Virus record (IMG/VR): IMGVR_UViG_3300010403_000003
Location: 1-64,000 of that record
Origin: a virus
Strand: one strand, 5' to 3'
Length of the DNA stretch: 64,000 nucleotides
Of the stretch, positions 9,233 through 18,071 are shown piece by piece. The stretch's first letter is position 1; each line of letters starts with the position of its first letter. The notes below the pieces were generated by a model. It did no database searches and was not told where the DNA came from. It saw only the letters and a program-made list of their open reading frames with translations. The translations under genes were made by a program, and so were the position numbers.

Positions 9233-12200
9233 ATGTTCGCCCTAAATCCTGATCCGACTCGATGAGCGATTGTCTGTAAAATCGTCTTTTTCAACTCAGC
9301 AAGAGTGCCTCTCGGAGTTACGCCCAAAACACGCTGCGCCGCGTCTTTCACTTGCCCATTTGGTAATACATCGAGGGCGGACCGCACTTTGTTTTGCAAC
9401 TCGGCCCAATCCGCCTGGAACCGCTCCGAGTCCTTTCCTTTCTCGTCGGCACTGATCTTGCGAGCCAAGACGCCGGCCTCCTCATGAAGTTTGGCCAACC
9501 CATCAGCCGAAGCGAATTCGCTGCCTCCATCCTTCTTGGGCGCTGTTTCGCTCGCCGGCTTCGCTCGCTCATGCTGTTCGCGGCGTGATTTGATTTTCTC
9601 GCCGATGCGATCAACCAGTTCGCTCTTAGTCCCGCGAACGTCATTGATCCCAAACTTGCCGGCAAGCAGTTTGATCTGCGGTACACTCATCTCGTTCGAG
9701 ATCGACGCCATCGCCGCATCAACCTTCTCGAAAAGCTTGTCATCGGTCAGTGCCGAATCAAAAAGCTTCTTGACGTGCTCGTGCGCGGCGTCCAGCGTGG
9801 CGGCGTCTTCGGCCTTCTCGTGGGGCTTCGCCTTGACGACGTTTTCGGGGGCTGGCGCGGCGTTGGGAGCGGCCGGAAGTGGCTTCGGCATGTCCTTCGC
9901 TGAAGCCAATCTTTCCAATTCTTCCTTAATCATTTTAGCGACATCGTATTTCTCACGAAATGTTTTTTCAGCAACATCCTCCCAATGCTCATCGCCGATC
10001 ATGCCATTCTGGTCAGCCGTAGCCTCGACCTGATTGTACACCTTGTCGGCGGCTTTTTTGGCGGAAGGGAAGGCGGTTGAATAATCAAAGGCTCCGTCCA
10101 GAAAATCAGTTATCACGGCTTCGATGGTCGTTTTGCCGCTACGAACGTCGTTTGCGACTTCGCGGAACCAGCTTTTATTTGGTTTGAATGGCTGATTTGC
10201 GCTTTCCTCCTTCGCCGGCTCCCCAAACTCCTTCCCCAAGTCGAAATCGCCGATATCGTGATGCGTCGCCAATCCCGCCAGCGCCACCTTCGCCGCCATC
10301 GCCTTCCGTTGCGCCGCCGGGTCCGCATCGTCCGCGTGCTTCGCGATCGCCTCTTCGAGTTTCGCCTTCGCGTCCTTGCCCCAAAGTTTCACGGCCTGCT
10401 CGGCGAGGTCTTTCGCCTTCGGGTGGCTCGCGTGGCTGACGTCGATTGCCGTCGGGCCGGCGACGTGATGGCCGTCTTGGTAGTGTTGCTTGTGTCCGAG
10501 GCGGTCGGTGAGGACGCCGGTGAAGCCGGATTCGAGGAGGAAGGCTTCGAAATCTTCACTCTCGACGACCGGCTCCGACTCATCCGCCATCACCGCCACC
10601 ATGAACTCCTTGCCGAGTCGCGCGATCTCTTCGGGCGTCAGCGTCGCCTCTTCGCTCTCCATGGCCGGCGTTCCTTTGCCCTTGAACCATCGCACCAGTT
10701 CCGCGACCGCGACAATGGGCGCAGGCCCGATGATCGTCCCCCCAGGCAAGGGAAATGCCGCAATCCCAGCGCCAATAATCGCCAACGCCGTCGGCCGGCC
10801 ATAGCGCGCCTCGAGGCGATCATAATGCCCTTTCACTTTCACCTTGGCCGCTTGCATCACCTTCGCGGGAATCTTGCTGGCATAGCTGGCCCAGGTTTCG
10901 ACGTGCTTGTCTGGAGATGCCGGTGCGTCTTTCGGAGCGGCTACTTGCTTGCCGTTTTGCCAGTGGTGGCCATGGGCGTCTATGCCGGTGAAATTTTCGA
11001 GGACGTCGCGCGATTCCCTTAACGGCCCCTTAAGCTTCAAAATCATATTGAAATTGTCGTCGCCTCTTTTAATGCCATGATCGAGCATGGCTTGCAAGCG
11101 AGCGTTCTCTGCTTCTCGCCCTTTTCTTCCTAGTCGTGGGCGCTCATTCACCTGTTGCATCTCGATTTCGCCGCGATCCCACATCCCCTGCAATTGCTTG
11201 TGAAATTCGGGGAGAGTCAGCGGTGCATCGCCCGCTTTTTGCCGGTCATGATTTACTTGCGCGAAAGCCCGATGGATATCGATTAAGCCGTCTTGGAATT
11301 GCGGCATCCTTTTAAGCAAGTCCAAAGACTGATGAATCTGCTCATCGGCCGGCTTTCCGCTTCCAGATTTCTGCGTGGCATTGGCGGCAGGCGCAGCCGC
11401 TTGAGCCGTGTCGCCTTTTTCAAGCTCCATCTCGATACGGCCAAGGACTGTCGTGTAATCCATGTATTTACGTTTAGCTTCCTCGATCTTAGCCTTCGCC
11501 TTGTCTCCGTATTTCTGTATCAGTTGATCCGCATAGCCGCGTATTTTGTCTGGCGACGTTGCGTCCTTTGCCGCATCGCGCTGAACACCCGGCTTGTTAA
11601 GGTCGTCTCGCGCGACCTGCTTACCGTCGGACCATTTGTGCCCGTGGGAATCAATTCCGGTGAAACCAGCCTCCATCAGTTCCAACGATTCGAGACTGGC
11701 GAGCATCCCAGCCAACGGATCGCCGCCGCTCGGCTGTGGCCCACCCGATGGCCCCCCTCCTCCACCACCAAACGGATCGCCCCCATCCCCCGGCATCGGC
11801 AGCGCCCCGCCCTGTTGCCCAAACTTCGCGTCAAACTCCTCGTTGTTCGCCGCCTCATGGTCCGGGTCCAATCCCCGCTCGCCCTGCGCCGTCTTGACGC
11901 TTTTAATCTTCGTACCGATGAGAATCTGATCTTCCTGCGCCGTTTGCAGCGGATCGCGAACGCTGATCGTGGGGGCCGTCACTTGCAACTCGACGACGTC
12001 GAGTGTGTTTTCGGCAAGCAGGCCGCACTTCATGCCCCACTTGATGGCGCGGAGGACGATGATCATGAAAGCGGTCTTGAAATGGCCTTGCGTGACTTCG
12101 GACGCGATAACGAAGGGCGCGCCAGCTTCTTTTGAGGAGCTGTAATTTGCGTTCGAGGCATCGCCCGTCATGTACTCGGGCGCAGCGAACACGGCTCCGC

Positions 12201-13431
12201 ATTGCCGCAGATCGCCCTGCAAAACCTCCAAGTGCTCGCTCGCTCCCACCGCTTGCGGCCACACCGGCTTTTGCCCCATCGGAATCCGCCGCGTCGATCC
12301 CGGCCGCGTGCGTTCCTGCGTCTCGGTTTTCCCGCTGACCGGGTTCGTGAATTGCCGCTCGGATAAGCGCGTGGCCAGCGATTGCACCTGGGCCTCGCTC
12401 GCCACCTCATGCTGCCAGATTTCAGCCGTCGCCGCGCGGACGCCGCTCGACGTGCTCACGTTCCGCATAAGCTTGGACGCCCGCTCCAATGAATCGACCA
12501 TGTCGAGCGAGAACGCCGGCAGGCCCCGCTTCGTCGCCGCGTCCTCTTCGAGATTCTTGAGATGCACAATCTCCGACGCCGGCACATATTCGCCCTCTTG
12601 CCCGTCGTTGCGGGTGCCCTTGTACTTGACGTAGTATTCCTTGATGTCCTCTTCGTCTTCGAAAGGTTCCGTCTGGTGGCGCATGCCGTAAGACCAGCCC
12701 GTGCCGTCCCCGGATTGCGGCGGGTCCGTCACCTGCTCCGGTTCCACGAACCGCACAAAAGTCATGCCCCGAAGTTCACTTTCCTCGTCCTCCACGAAGA
12801 AAAGCCGAAAGATCGTCTCGCCATCGCGCCACACGCGGCGGCCCGATTCCCACTCGCGCGATGAACTAACAATCGACGCATCGGGGTCCGGGTTGACGCT
12901 CGCAGTGAAGCGATTCGTCATCAGGAATTTGTCAACGAATGCCTGGGTTTGCTTGACGATTTGTGTGTCTTGCGGGTTCGCCTGGACGCCGGGCGACTCG
13001 GGGGCGGCGTCCCGGTTTTCTTTCGGTTGGATTTCGTACGTGAAGCCTTTGCCGATGTTGTGCGTTAATAGGTTGAAGAGAAGGCTTCGCGCATAGGAAT
13101 TCTTGCGGGATATGATGCGCGAGCGTTGGCGATACTGGCCCAACTCAAATTCGTTCCGCCAAATCGGATAATTGTCCCCGCGCTTGCGATCGCTGACGAC
13201 CGAAACGGGCAGCCAATATCCGGAACCCGCATTGCCGTAGCGCTCTTGGAAGAGGTCGAATAGCGCGTCCGAGCCGCCGAACCCGTCGTACATTTGCGCC
13301 CACATGACGGATTCGACGAGTCGCCGCGCCCGCTCTTGGCTCTCCAAAAGCGACTGTTCTTGCGGCGGTTTTTGCTCGCCGTTTGGGGGTTTTCCGTTGG
13401 CCGGCTCGGGAGTGGCGGTGTCGGTTGGCAT
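9229..13431 (-). CDS. portal protein with ~800-aa multi-module C-terminal extension
   Basis: First ~540 aa portal-like (RDGETIFR, VEPEQV, YVPASEIVHLK..KRGLP, TGDASNANYSS); between TerL and the MuF gene; long tail with three repeated tags. Confidence 0.9.
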   Translation of the reverse strand: MPTDTATPEPANGKPPNGEQKPPQEQSLLESQERARRLVESVMWAQMYDGFGGSDALFDLFQERYGNAGSGYWLPVSVVSDRKRGDNYPIWRNEFELGQYRQRSRIISRKNSYARSLLFNLLTHNIGKGFTYEIQPKENRDAAPESPGVQANPQDTQIVKQTQAFVDKFLMTNRFTASVNPDPDASIVSSSREWESGRRVWRDGETIFRLFFVEDEESELRGMTFVRFVEPEQVTDPPQSGDGTGWSYGMRHQTEPFEDEEDIKEYYVKYKGTRNDGQEGEYVPASEIVHLKNLEEDAATKRGLPAFSLDMVDSLERASKLMRNVSTSSGVRAATAEIWQHEVASEAQVQSLATRLSERQFTNPVSGKTETQERTRPGSTRRIPMGQKPVWPQAVGASEHLEVLQGDLRQCGAVFAAPEYMTGDASNANYSSSKEAGAPFVIASEVTQGHFKTAFMIIVLRAIKWGMKCGLLAENTLDVVELQVTAPTISVRDPLQTAQEDQILIGTKIKSVKTAQGERGLDPDHEAANNEEFDAKFGQQGGALPMPGDGGDPFGGGGGGPSGGPQPSGGDPLAGMLASLESLELMEAGFTGIDSHGHKWSDGKQVARDDLNKPGVQRDAAKDATSPDKIRGYADQLIQKYGDKAKAKIEEAKRKYMDYTTVLGRIEMELEKGDTAQAAAPAANATQKSGSGKPADEQIHQSLDLLKRMPQFQDGLIDIHRAFAQVNHDRQKAGDAPLTLPEFHKQLQGMWDRGEIEMQQVNERPRLGRKGREAENARLQAMLDHGIKRGDDNFNMILKLKGPLRESRDVLENFTGIDAHGHHWQNGKQVAAPKDAPASPDKHVETWASYASKIPAKVMQAAKVKVKGHYDRLEARYGRPTALAIIGAGIAAFPLPGGTIIGPAPIVAVAELVRWFKGKGTPAMESEEATLTPEEIARLGKEFMVAVMADESEPVVESEDFEAFLLESGFTGVLTDRLGHKQHYQDGHHVAGPTAIDVSHASHPKAKDLAEQAVKLWGKDAKAKLEEAIAKHADDADPAAQRKAMAAKVALAGLATHHDIGDFDLGKEFGEPAKEESANQPFKPNKSWFREVANDVRSGKTTIEAVITDFLDGAFDYSTAFPSAKKAADKVYNQVEATADQNGMIGDEHWEDVAEKTFREKYDVAKMIKEELERLASAKDMPKPLPAAPNAAPAPENVVKAKPHEKAEDAATLDAAHEHVKKLFDSALTDDKLFEKVDAAMASISNEMSVPQIKLLAGKFGINDVRGTKSELVDRIGEKIKSRREQHERAKPASETAPKKDGGSEFASADGLAKLHEEAGVLARKISADEKGKDSERFQADWAELQNKVRSALDVLPNGQVKDAAQRVLGVTPRGTLAELKKTILQTIAHRVGSGFRANI

Positions 13432-13467
13432 ATTTGGAAGATATGCCAGAATGGGTTGTTCTCTCAA
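13432..13467 (-). promoter_or_regulatory. putative leaderless late promoter
   Basis: TTGAGA GAACAACC N10 TATCTT N6 ATG. Confidence 0.55.
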
Positions 13468-13536
13468 TTTGCTGGACTACTCATCGCGGGAACCATAACT
13501 GGCCAATCATTCGGCTTGGCTTCGGCAATTCCCAAC

Positions 13537-13731
13537 TTAACCATGAGATCGGCGTAAAACGTCGCGTAAATGTCCGCCTCGCATGGATGATCGATCCTGA
13601 TTCGACTCGCCGACGCCGACAAGTCGCCTTCCGTTTTGAAACGGGTAAAAATACCGGCTCGCCGATATGCTTGTGCTCGTTGGATAGCGAACAAACTCTA
13701 TCCCATTAAAAAAGACGACATCTTTTTCCAT
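13537..13731 (-). CDS. small ORF, possible HNH endonuclease N-terminal remnant
   Basis: VVFFNGIEFVRYP..RYFYP start, no HNH core; preceded by TTGACG-N16-TATAAT-N6-ATG. Confidence 0.4.
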   Translation of the reverse strand: MEKDVVFFNGIEFVRYPTSTSISASRYFYPFQNGRRLVGVGESNQDRSSMRGGHLRDVLRRSHG

Positions 13732-13753
13732 GGTGGTATTATACACGCTAACA

Positions 13754-15040
13754 TTACTGCGTCAACTCTTGGCTAGGTAGAAGTGATGCGAGGACGACGG
13801 CGTCGGCCTTATCGGGCGACCGATTGTTCGGCAGCCGCTTCTTGATATCGTCCTTCTTCTCAATGATAACGAGGCCCCCAGGCGATTTCCACGTCGGCGC
13901 ACAAAGCTCTTGCAAAAGCTCTCGGTCGGGCGGCAACGCCACTTCGAAGCCGTTCGCAGGGTCAAGCAATTCTCTAAAGGACCAATAAGCAAACGCTCTT
14001 ACGTTGCGAAAACTCAAGATGCCGGTGCGGTCCCGCGCCTTCGTCCGAACACCGAAGTCGATCCCAAAGGCATTCATGCCCGCCTGCCCGCAAGCCTCGG
14101 CGGCCGGCGCACCGTAACCGATGCAATCCACGAGCACCATCGCCCCCGGCCACACTCGCAACGCTTCCTTGATCTTGAGCGCCGCCATGGCCCCGCTCGG
14201 CGTCTGGCTCCCTTCGTAGCAAATTAACTCCCCGAACCAGTGCCGATGACGCGGGGCGAGAATAGTGCGATCGGCCCCACCGTGCGCGATGTCGCAGCCG
14301 AGCGCGTCCATCGGTTCGCCGCGGTGCCCGTCCGGCGTCCAGCGCTCTTGGGCAATGCGGACCCACGATTCGGGGATGACTTGGGAGCTGTCGTCCTCGG
14401 CAACGAACTCGCCACCGAGTTCCTGACGGGCGAAGTTGCCGGTGTAGACCTTGGCGAGATTCGAAGCGAAATCTTGATGGACGAACGGGTTATCGGATGT
14501 CTTGGCGTGGAAGATTTCTGTGTTGGGTTGCTGTGTGCCGAAGGCGTCGTATGTCCAGTGGGCTAACCCTTTTGGGGTCATTGTCGCTGTCAAGAATCCC
14601 AACTCGCCTTTCTCACGGAGCGAACCGAGTACGATCTCATAGGCTGCCTGGTCCATCAGCGAAGCTTCGTCGAGCCATGCGCCGGAGAGATTTGGTCCGC
14701 GAAGCGTCTCCGGGTTTTCCGTCGAGCGAAAGCGAATCACCTGCCCCTCGGTGAGCGTCACGTTAGGATGCGGCGTCATCCGTGCCGACCGCCATACGCC
14801 AATCTCTTGAGCAAGAGTGCGGAACGTCGGCAGCGTCGTATCTTCGAGAATGGTATAGGTAGGCGAACAGACGATATAGGTGCGGCCGGGGCGGGCGCGA
14901 ATAATCAAATCGTAAGCACCGACCCACGACTTGCCAGAACCGCGACCAGCGACGAAACCGCGCCGCAATGCCTTACTCTGCCGGAATCTCGCTTGCTCCC
15001 GGTAGAGTTTGATCCGCAGCGTCACCCTGTCCTGGCTCAA
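13754..15040 (-). CDS. terL: terminase large subunit
   Basis: Walker A AGRGSGKS, Walker B AWLDEAS, TMTPKG, nuclease LGCDIA..D, RSPDKADA. Confidence 0.95.
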   Translation of the reverse strand: MSQDRVTLRIKLYREQARFRQSKALRRGFVAGRGSGKSWVGAYDLIIRARPGRTYIVCSPTYTILEDTTLPTFRTLAQEIGVWRSARMTPHPNVTLTEGQVIRFRSTENPETLRGPNLSGAWLDEASLMDQAAYEIVLGSLREKGELGFLTATMTPKGLAHWTYDAFGTQQPNTEIFHAKTSDNPFVHQDFASNLAKVYTGNFARQELGGEFVAEDDSSQVIPESWVRIAQERWTPDGHRGEPMDALGCDIAHGGADRTILAPRHRHWFGELICYEGSQTPSGAMAALKIKEALRVWPGAMVLVDCIGYGAPAAEACGQAGMNAFGIDFGVRTKARDRTGILSFRNVRAFAYWSFRELLDPANGFEVALPPDRELLQELCAPTWKSPGGLVIIEKKDDIKKRLPNNRSPDKADAVVLASLLPSQELTQ

Positions 15041-15368
15041 CGACTTCCTCGATGATGGTCAGTTTCTTCGCTTCGTTGATGTCGAGTTCTTGTTTCTCGA
15101 AATACCCCCGGTCCTTGCCGAGTGTCATGAGCGTCCGGTTGATGGCCCACGGTTCGTTCCTCTTCACGGCCGCGATCAGCCGCAACTCGGCCTCATCGAC
15201 GAACTCGCCGCGCTGCATCTTTATTTCGGCTGCGACCTTCGGGCAAGACTTGGCCCTTAATGAAATCGTTTCATGGTTGCAGCCGAGATGTCGCGCCGCG
15301 AGGTAAACCATTCCCTTCGTGTGCTTTAGGGCGGCGAGTATTTCCTCGTTGGTGTAACGGCGCGCCAT
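14973..15368 (-). CDS. terS: terminase small subunit
   Basis: HTH N-terminus (EILAALKHTKGMVYLAARHLGC), LGKDRGY; immediately upstream of TerL. Confidence 0.75.
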   Translation of the reverse strand: MARRYTNEEILAALKHTKGMVYLAARHLGCNHETISLRAKSCPKVAAEIKMQRGEFVDEAELRLIAAVKRNEPWAINRTLMTLGKDRGYFEKQELDINEAKKLTIIEEVVEPGQGDAADQTLPGASEIPAE

Positions 15369-15414
15369 GGCTTCATAGTAGCGGAAGTAGCGGGATAGGG
15401 ATAGTAATGATTAA

Positions 15415-16297
15415 CTATTCGCTAGGCGATTCTTCAACATCACCCATTTCGACAGGCCCGCACGCCGCCGTCGCTTTCTTGGGGTCGCCCTTGACGAACA
15501 CAAGCACGTTTTGATGCGTCTTGCCAAGCTTCCGCCCGCTCTCGAATTGCCGCCCTACGCGAATCGGCAGGGAGCCAACGGACGTAATGAGGACAGCGTC
15601 ATTGTACAGTTTAGCCCCGGCATCTTGAAACGCCGCTATCGTGTCGCTGATGAAATTTCGGTACATGCCTTTCTTGTCGCGAACATCGCCGACGACGAAG
15701 CACGCGAAGCGGTCCTCGGCCAGCATGGCGACGCTCGCGGCGACGATTTCCCGGTAAGCGGCAAGGAACGCCGCGTAATCGAGCGTTGAAAGGTCCGCCG
15801 GGTCGTCGCTGTAAACCTCAAGATCGGCGTAGGGCGGGCATGAGAAAACGAGGTCGTATTGGCCGGGTGCGAGCGTCGCAACGTTGCGGCTGTCGCCCAC
15901 GATCCATCGCGGCGGGTTCTCGGGCGTGATCGTGGCCGCTTGCTGCTCGTTCGCGGCGATTTGCTCCGGGCGCAGATCGATCCCGGTGTATTTCCGCCCC
16001 AGCTTGGCGGCCACGATGCCGCGCACGGAGCCACCGGCGAATGGGTCGAGGACAGCGCCACCGGGCGGGCAGAACCATCGATAGGCTAACTCACAGAGAA
16101 CGGGGTCGAAGATTGATGTGCCTGATTGCTCAGCGCACATGCCCCCCCCCCCCGATATCTCCACTGGCGATTTTGTCGTTGACCCACTCTCGAGTGTTGA
16201 TGTTGAGGCTTCTTGGCACTTTGCCCCCCCCCTGTTTGAAGTTTGCGGCCAAATCACCAGGAGCTCCGCTGCCAAACGTCCGCGCGTTTTTTCCCAT
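15415..16297 (-). CDS. amino-type DNA methyltransferase catalytic half; frameshifted at a G12 tract
   Basis: GTSIFDPVLCE, VLDPFAGGS (SAM binding), SCPPY (catalytic). The ATG 16297 frame stops just after G12 (16142-16153); G11 would fuse it in frame. Alternative ATG at 16140. Confidence 0.85.
16142..16153 (-). repeat. poly-G12 homopolymer (further G9 tracts at 16224-16232 and 17449-17457; AG repeat at 17364-17376)
   Basis: Counted directly. Confidence 0.95.
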
Positions 16298-16340
16298 CTG
16301 GAGTTGCCCGCTTACGTCTAGGTGCTAAACTCTGGTCACC

Positions 16341-16547
16341 ATGAAACCGCACGAACGCCGCCAATGTGACGCCTATCCCTATTTTAAGCTGGCCGCCTGG
16401 GATGCCCGCTCATTTACGTTTCGCGATGGCAAGCAAGCCCACCCTAGCGAGTCCGCTGCCAAGCAAGAGGCCCGAAAGCCCGGCAAGTATCGCGTGAGCG
16501 TCGTCACCGCCGCAGGGCGAACTGATCTTGAGCCGTTCGCCATTTGA
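16341..16547 (+). CDS. hypothetical protein
   Basis: 68 aa, fills the gap between MTase and PLP genes; TAAACT upstream. Confidence 0.55.
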   Translation: MKPHERRQCDAYPYFKLAAWDARSFTFRDGKQAHPSESAAKQEARKPGKYRVSVVTAAGRTDLEPFAI

Positions 16548-16548
16548 A

Positions 16549-17229
16549 TCACTTCGCGACATTCCAGAACAGTGCCCCCGGCGATGCGTACTGGCGAATA
16601 AACCGCCACGCTTTCGCGTCATAATTCGCGCACGACGGAAATGGCGGCGGATGCTTTGCTGGGTCGTCAAACTTTTCTGGTGCGTTCCAGATTGCCGCCC
16701 GCCCAACATTCGGCATCGCTCCGATTCGCACGGCATGAAAGCGGGCATTCGGCCACGCTTTTTGCAAGCTGAGCGAGAGCGTTCCGCTACCCGCGACAGT
16801 CCAAACCTCGGCCGGCTCTTCGATTTGCTGCGCGAGCTCCGCGATTGCCAAGCGGATCGCCGGCGTATCCAAGCCGAACGGCAGCAACTTCGCCCCGCTG
16901 ACGCTACAATAATCCGCCGCACGCTTGCGGACGACGCTCATATAGCCGGCTGGCCCCACTTCGATGATTTTCGCGCCGGCCGCGATAGCTTCAAGCGTTC
17001 GCGGGTGCTTTGCCTTGCGTGCGGCACAAAAGATCGTTGCACGCTTGCCATAATCGCGGGCGCAATAAGCGAGGGCGACTTGGGCATAGCCTTGAACCGG
17101 CGAGGCATACACATATTCGGAATGCGAATCAAAGAGAATTGGAACGACGCGGGCCTTCGTGCCGCCCTCTACAACGTCGTCGCGAACTACGCGGATGCCG
17201 GCGATGTCGTCAATCCTGACCGGCAGCAT
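16549..17229 (-). CDS. PLP-dependent enzyme, fold type II (ACC deaminase/cysteine synthase-like)
   Basis: VRDDVVEGGTKAR (PLP Lys), VAGSGTL phosphate loop, NYDAKAW. Confidence 0.75.
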   Translation of the reverse strand: MLPVRIDDIAGIRVVRDDVVEGGTKARVVPILFDSHSEYVYASPVQGYAQVALAYCARDYGKRATIFCAARKAKHPRTLEAIAAGAKIIEVGPAGYMSVVRKRAADYCSVSGAKLLPFGLDTPAIRLAIAELAQQIEEPAEVWTVAGSGTLSLSLQKAWPNARFHAVRIGAMPNVGRAAIWNAPEKFDDPAKHPPPFPSCANYDAKAWRFIRQYASPGALFWNVAK

Positions 17230-18061
17230 TCAGCGGCCTACCTTTCCCGTCCCCGCGAACCGTTCGGCCGTCTTTGCCGAGTTTCATTGCCGGCCTTGCG
17301 CTGCCCCCTGGGCATACGCGGCCTTGCGCTGCATCGGGTCGTTGTGCATCGCCATCTTTACCGTCTCTCTCTCTCTGAATATCCGCCAGCGTGCCCGATT
17401 GTTCCGCCTTGTCGCTTGATTGTGGCGGCATCGCTGTAATCGTGGACGCCCCCCCCCGTCCTATTTCGCTTTGAATGCCCAAAGACAGCCACGCCCGCTT
17501 GCGATCCTGCCAATAGCCTTGGCGGGCGTCGAGCACGCTGAAAGGCGGCACAAGAAAGCGGTCAGCCAAAGTCTTTGCGGCCTCAGATGGGTCCATGCCG
17601 CCCCCGCCCTCTTGGCTTGCAAGGATTCCACTGTCCGCTGCCAATCCCGCCAGCATCGCGTTCAAGGCTTCATTGTCCGTCTGGAAGCTATCGAGCAGCG
17701 CTTTAAGCTTTTCAGCATCGGCGGTAGCAAGGGCTGCGAGCGGATCGACGGAGGCCAACATCAACTTCGCCTCCTCATCGTTCAAATCGAGCACTTCGAC
17801 GGTGACCTCCATATCTGGCGTCATCTCCTGCCGCAAATGCCCATCGACAAGCTTCAGCCGCCCATCGGGCAGTTCGTAAGCCAACAGCGACCTGGCAAAG
17901 CCGATCTCGTCGTAAAGCCCTTGGAGTGCGGCTCGTTGCTCGTCGGGATGGCGTCTGAAATTTTGCTCGTGCGGGACAAGATCGCCTGCCCGGATCGTGA
18001 CGTGCCTCTTGATGCGGTTGCGAATTGCGGGTTCTGGTTTCGCGGCTTTCTTGCGTGCCAT
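17210..18061 (-). CDS. ParB/Srx-like domain plus N-terminal portion of a phage DNA methyltransferase
   Basis: LVPHEQNFRRH..IGFA..LVDGHLR; TLADRFLVPPFSVLDARQGYWQDRKRAWLSLGIQSEIGR; TTGAAC-N17-TAGAGT-N7-ATG. Confidence 0.8.
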   Translation of the reverse strand: MARKKAAKPEPAIRNRIKRHVTIRAGDLVPHEQNFRRHPDEQRAALQGLYDEIGFARSLLAYELPDGRLKLVDGHLRQEMTPDMEVTVEVLDLNDEEAKLMLASVDPLAALATADAEKLKALLDSFQTDNEALNAMLAGLAADSGILASQEGGGGMDPSEAAKTLADRFLVPPFSVLDARQGYWQDRKRAWLSLGIQSEIGRGGASTITAMPPQSSDKAEQSGTLADIQRERDGKDGDAQRPDAAQGRVCPGGSARPAMKLGKDGRTVRGDGKGRPLNAAGQD

Positions 18062-18071
18062 AGCCTCAACT

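Noticed and set aside
16118-17407. AEQSGT encoded in both MTase halves as a target-site duplication
   Set aside because: Only 14/17 nt identical and not at the insertion boundaries
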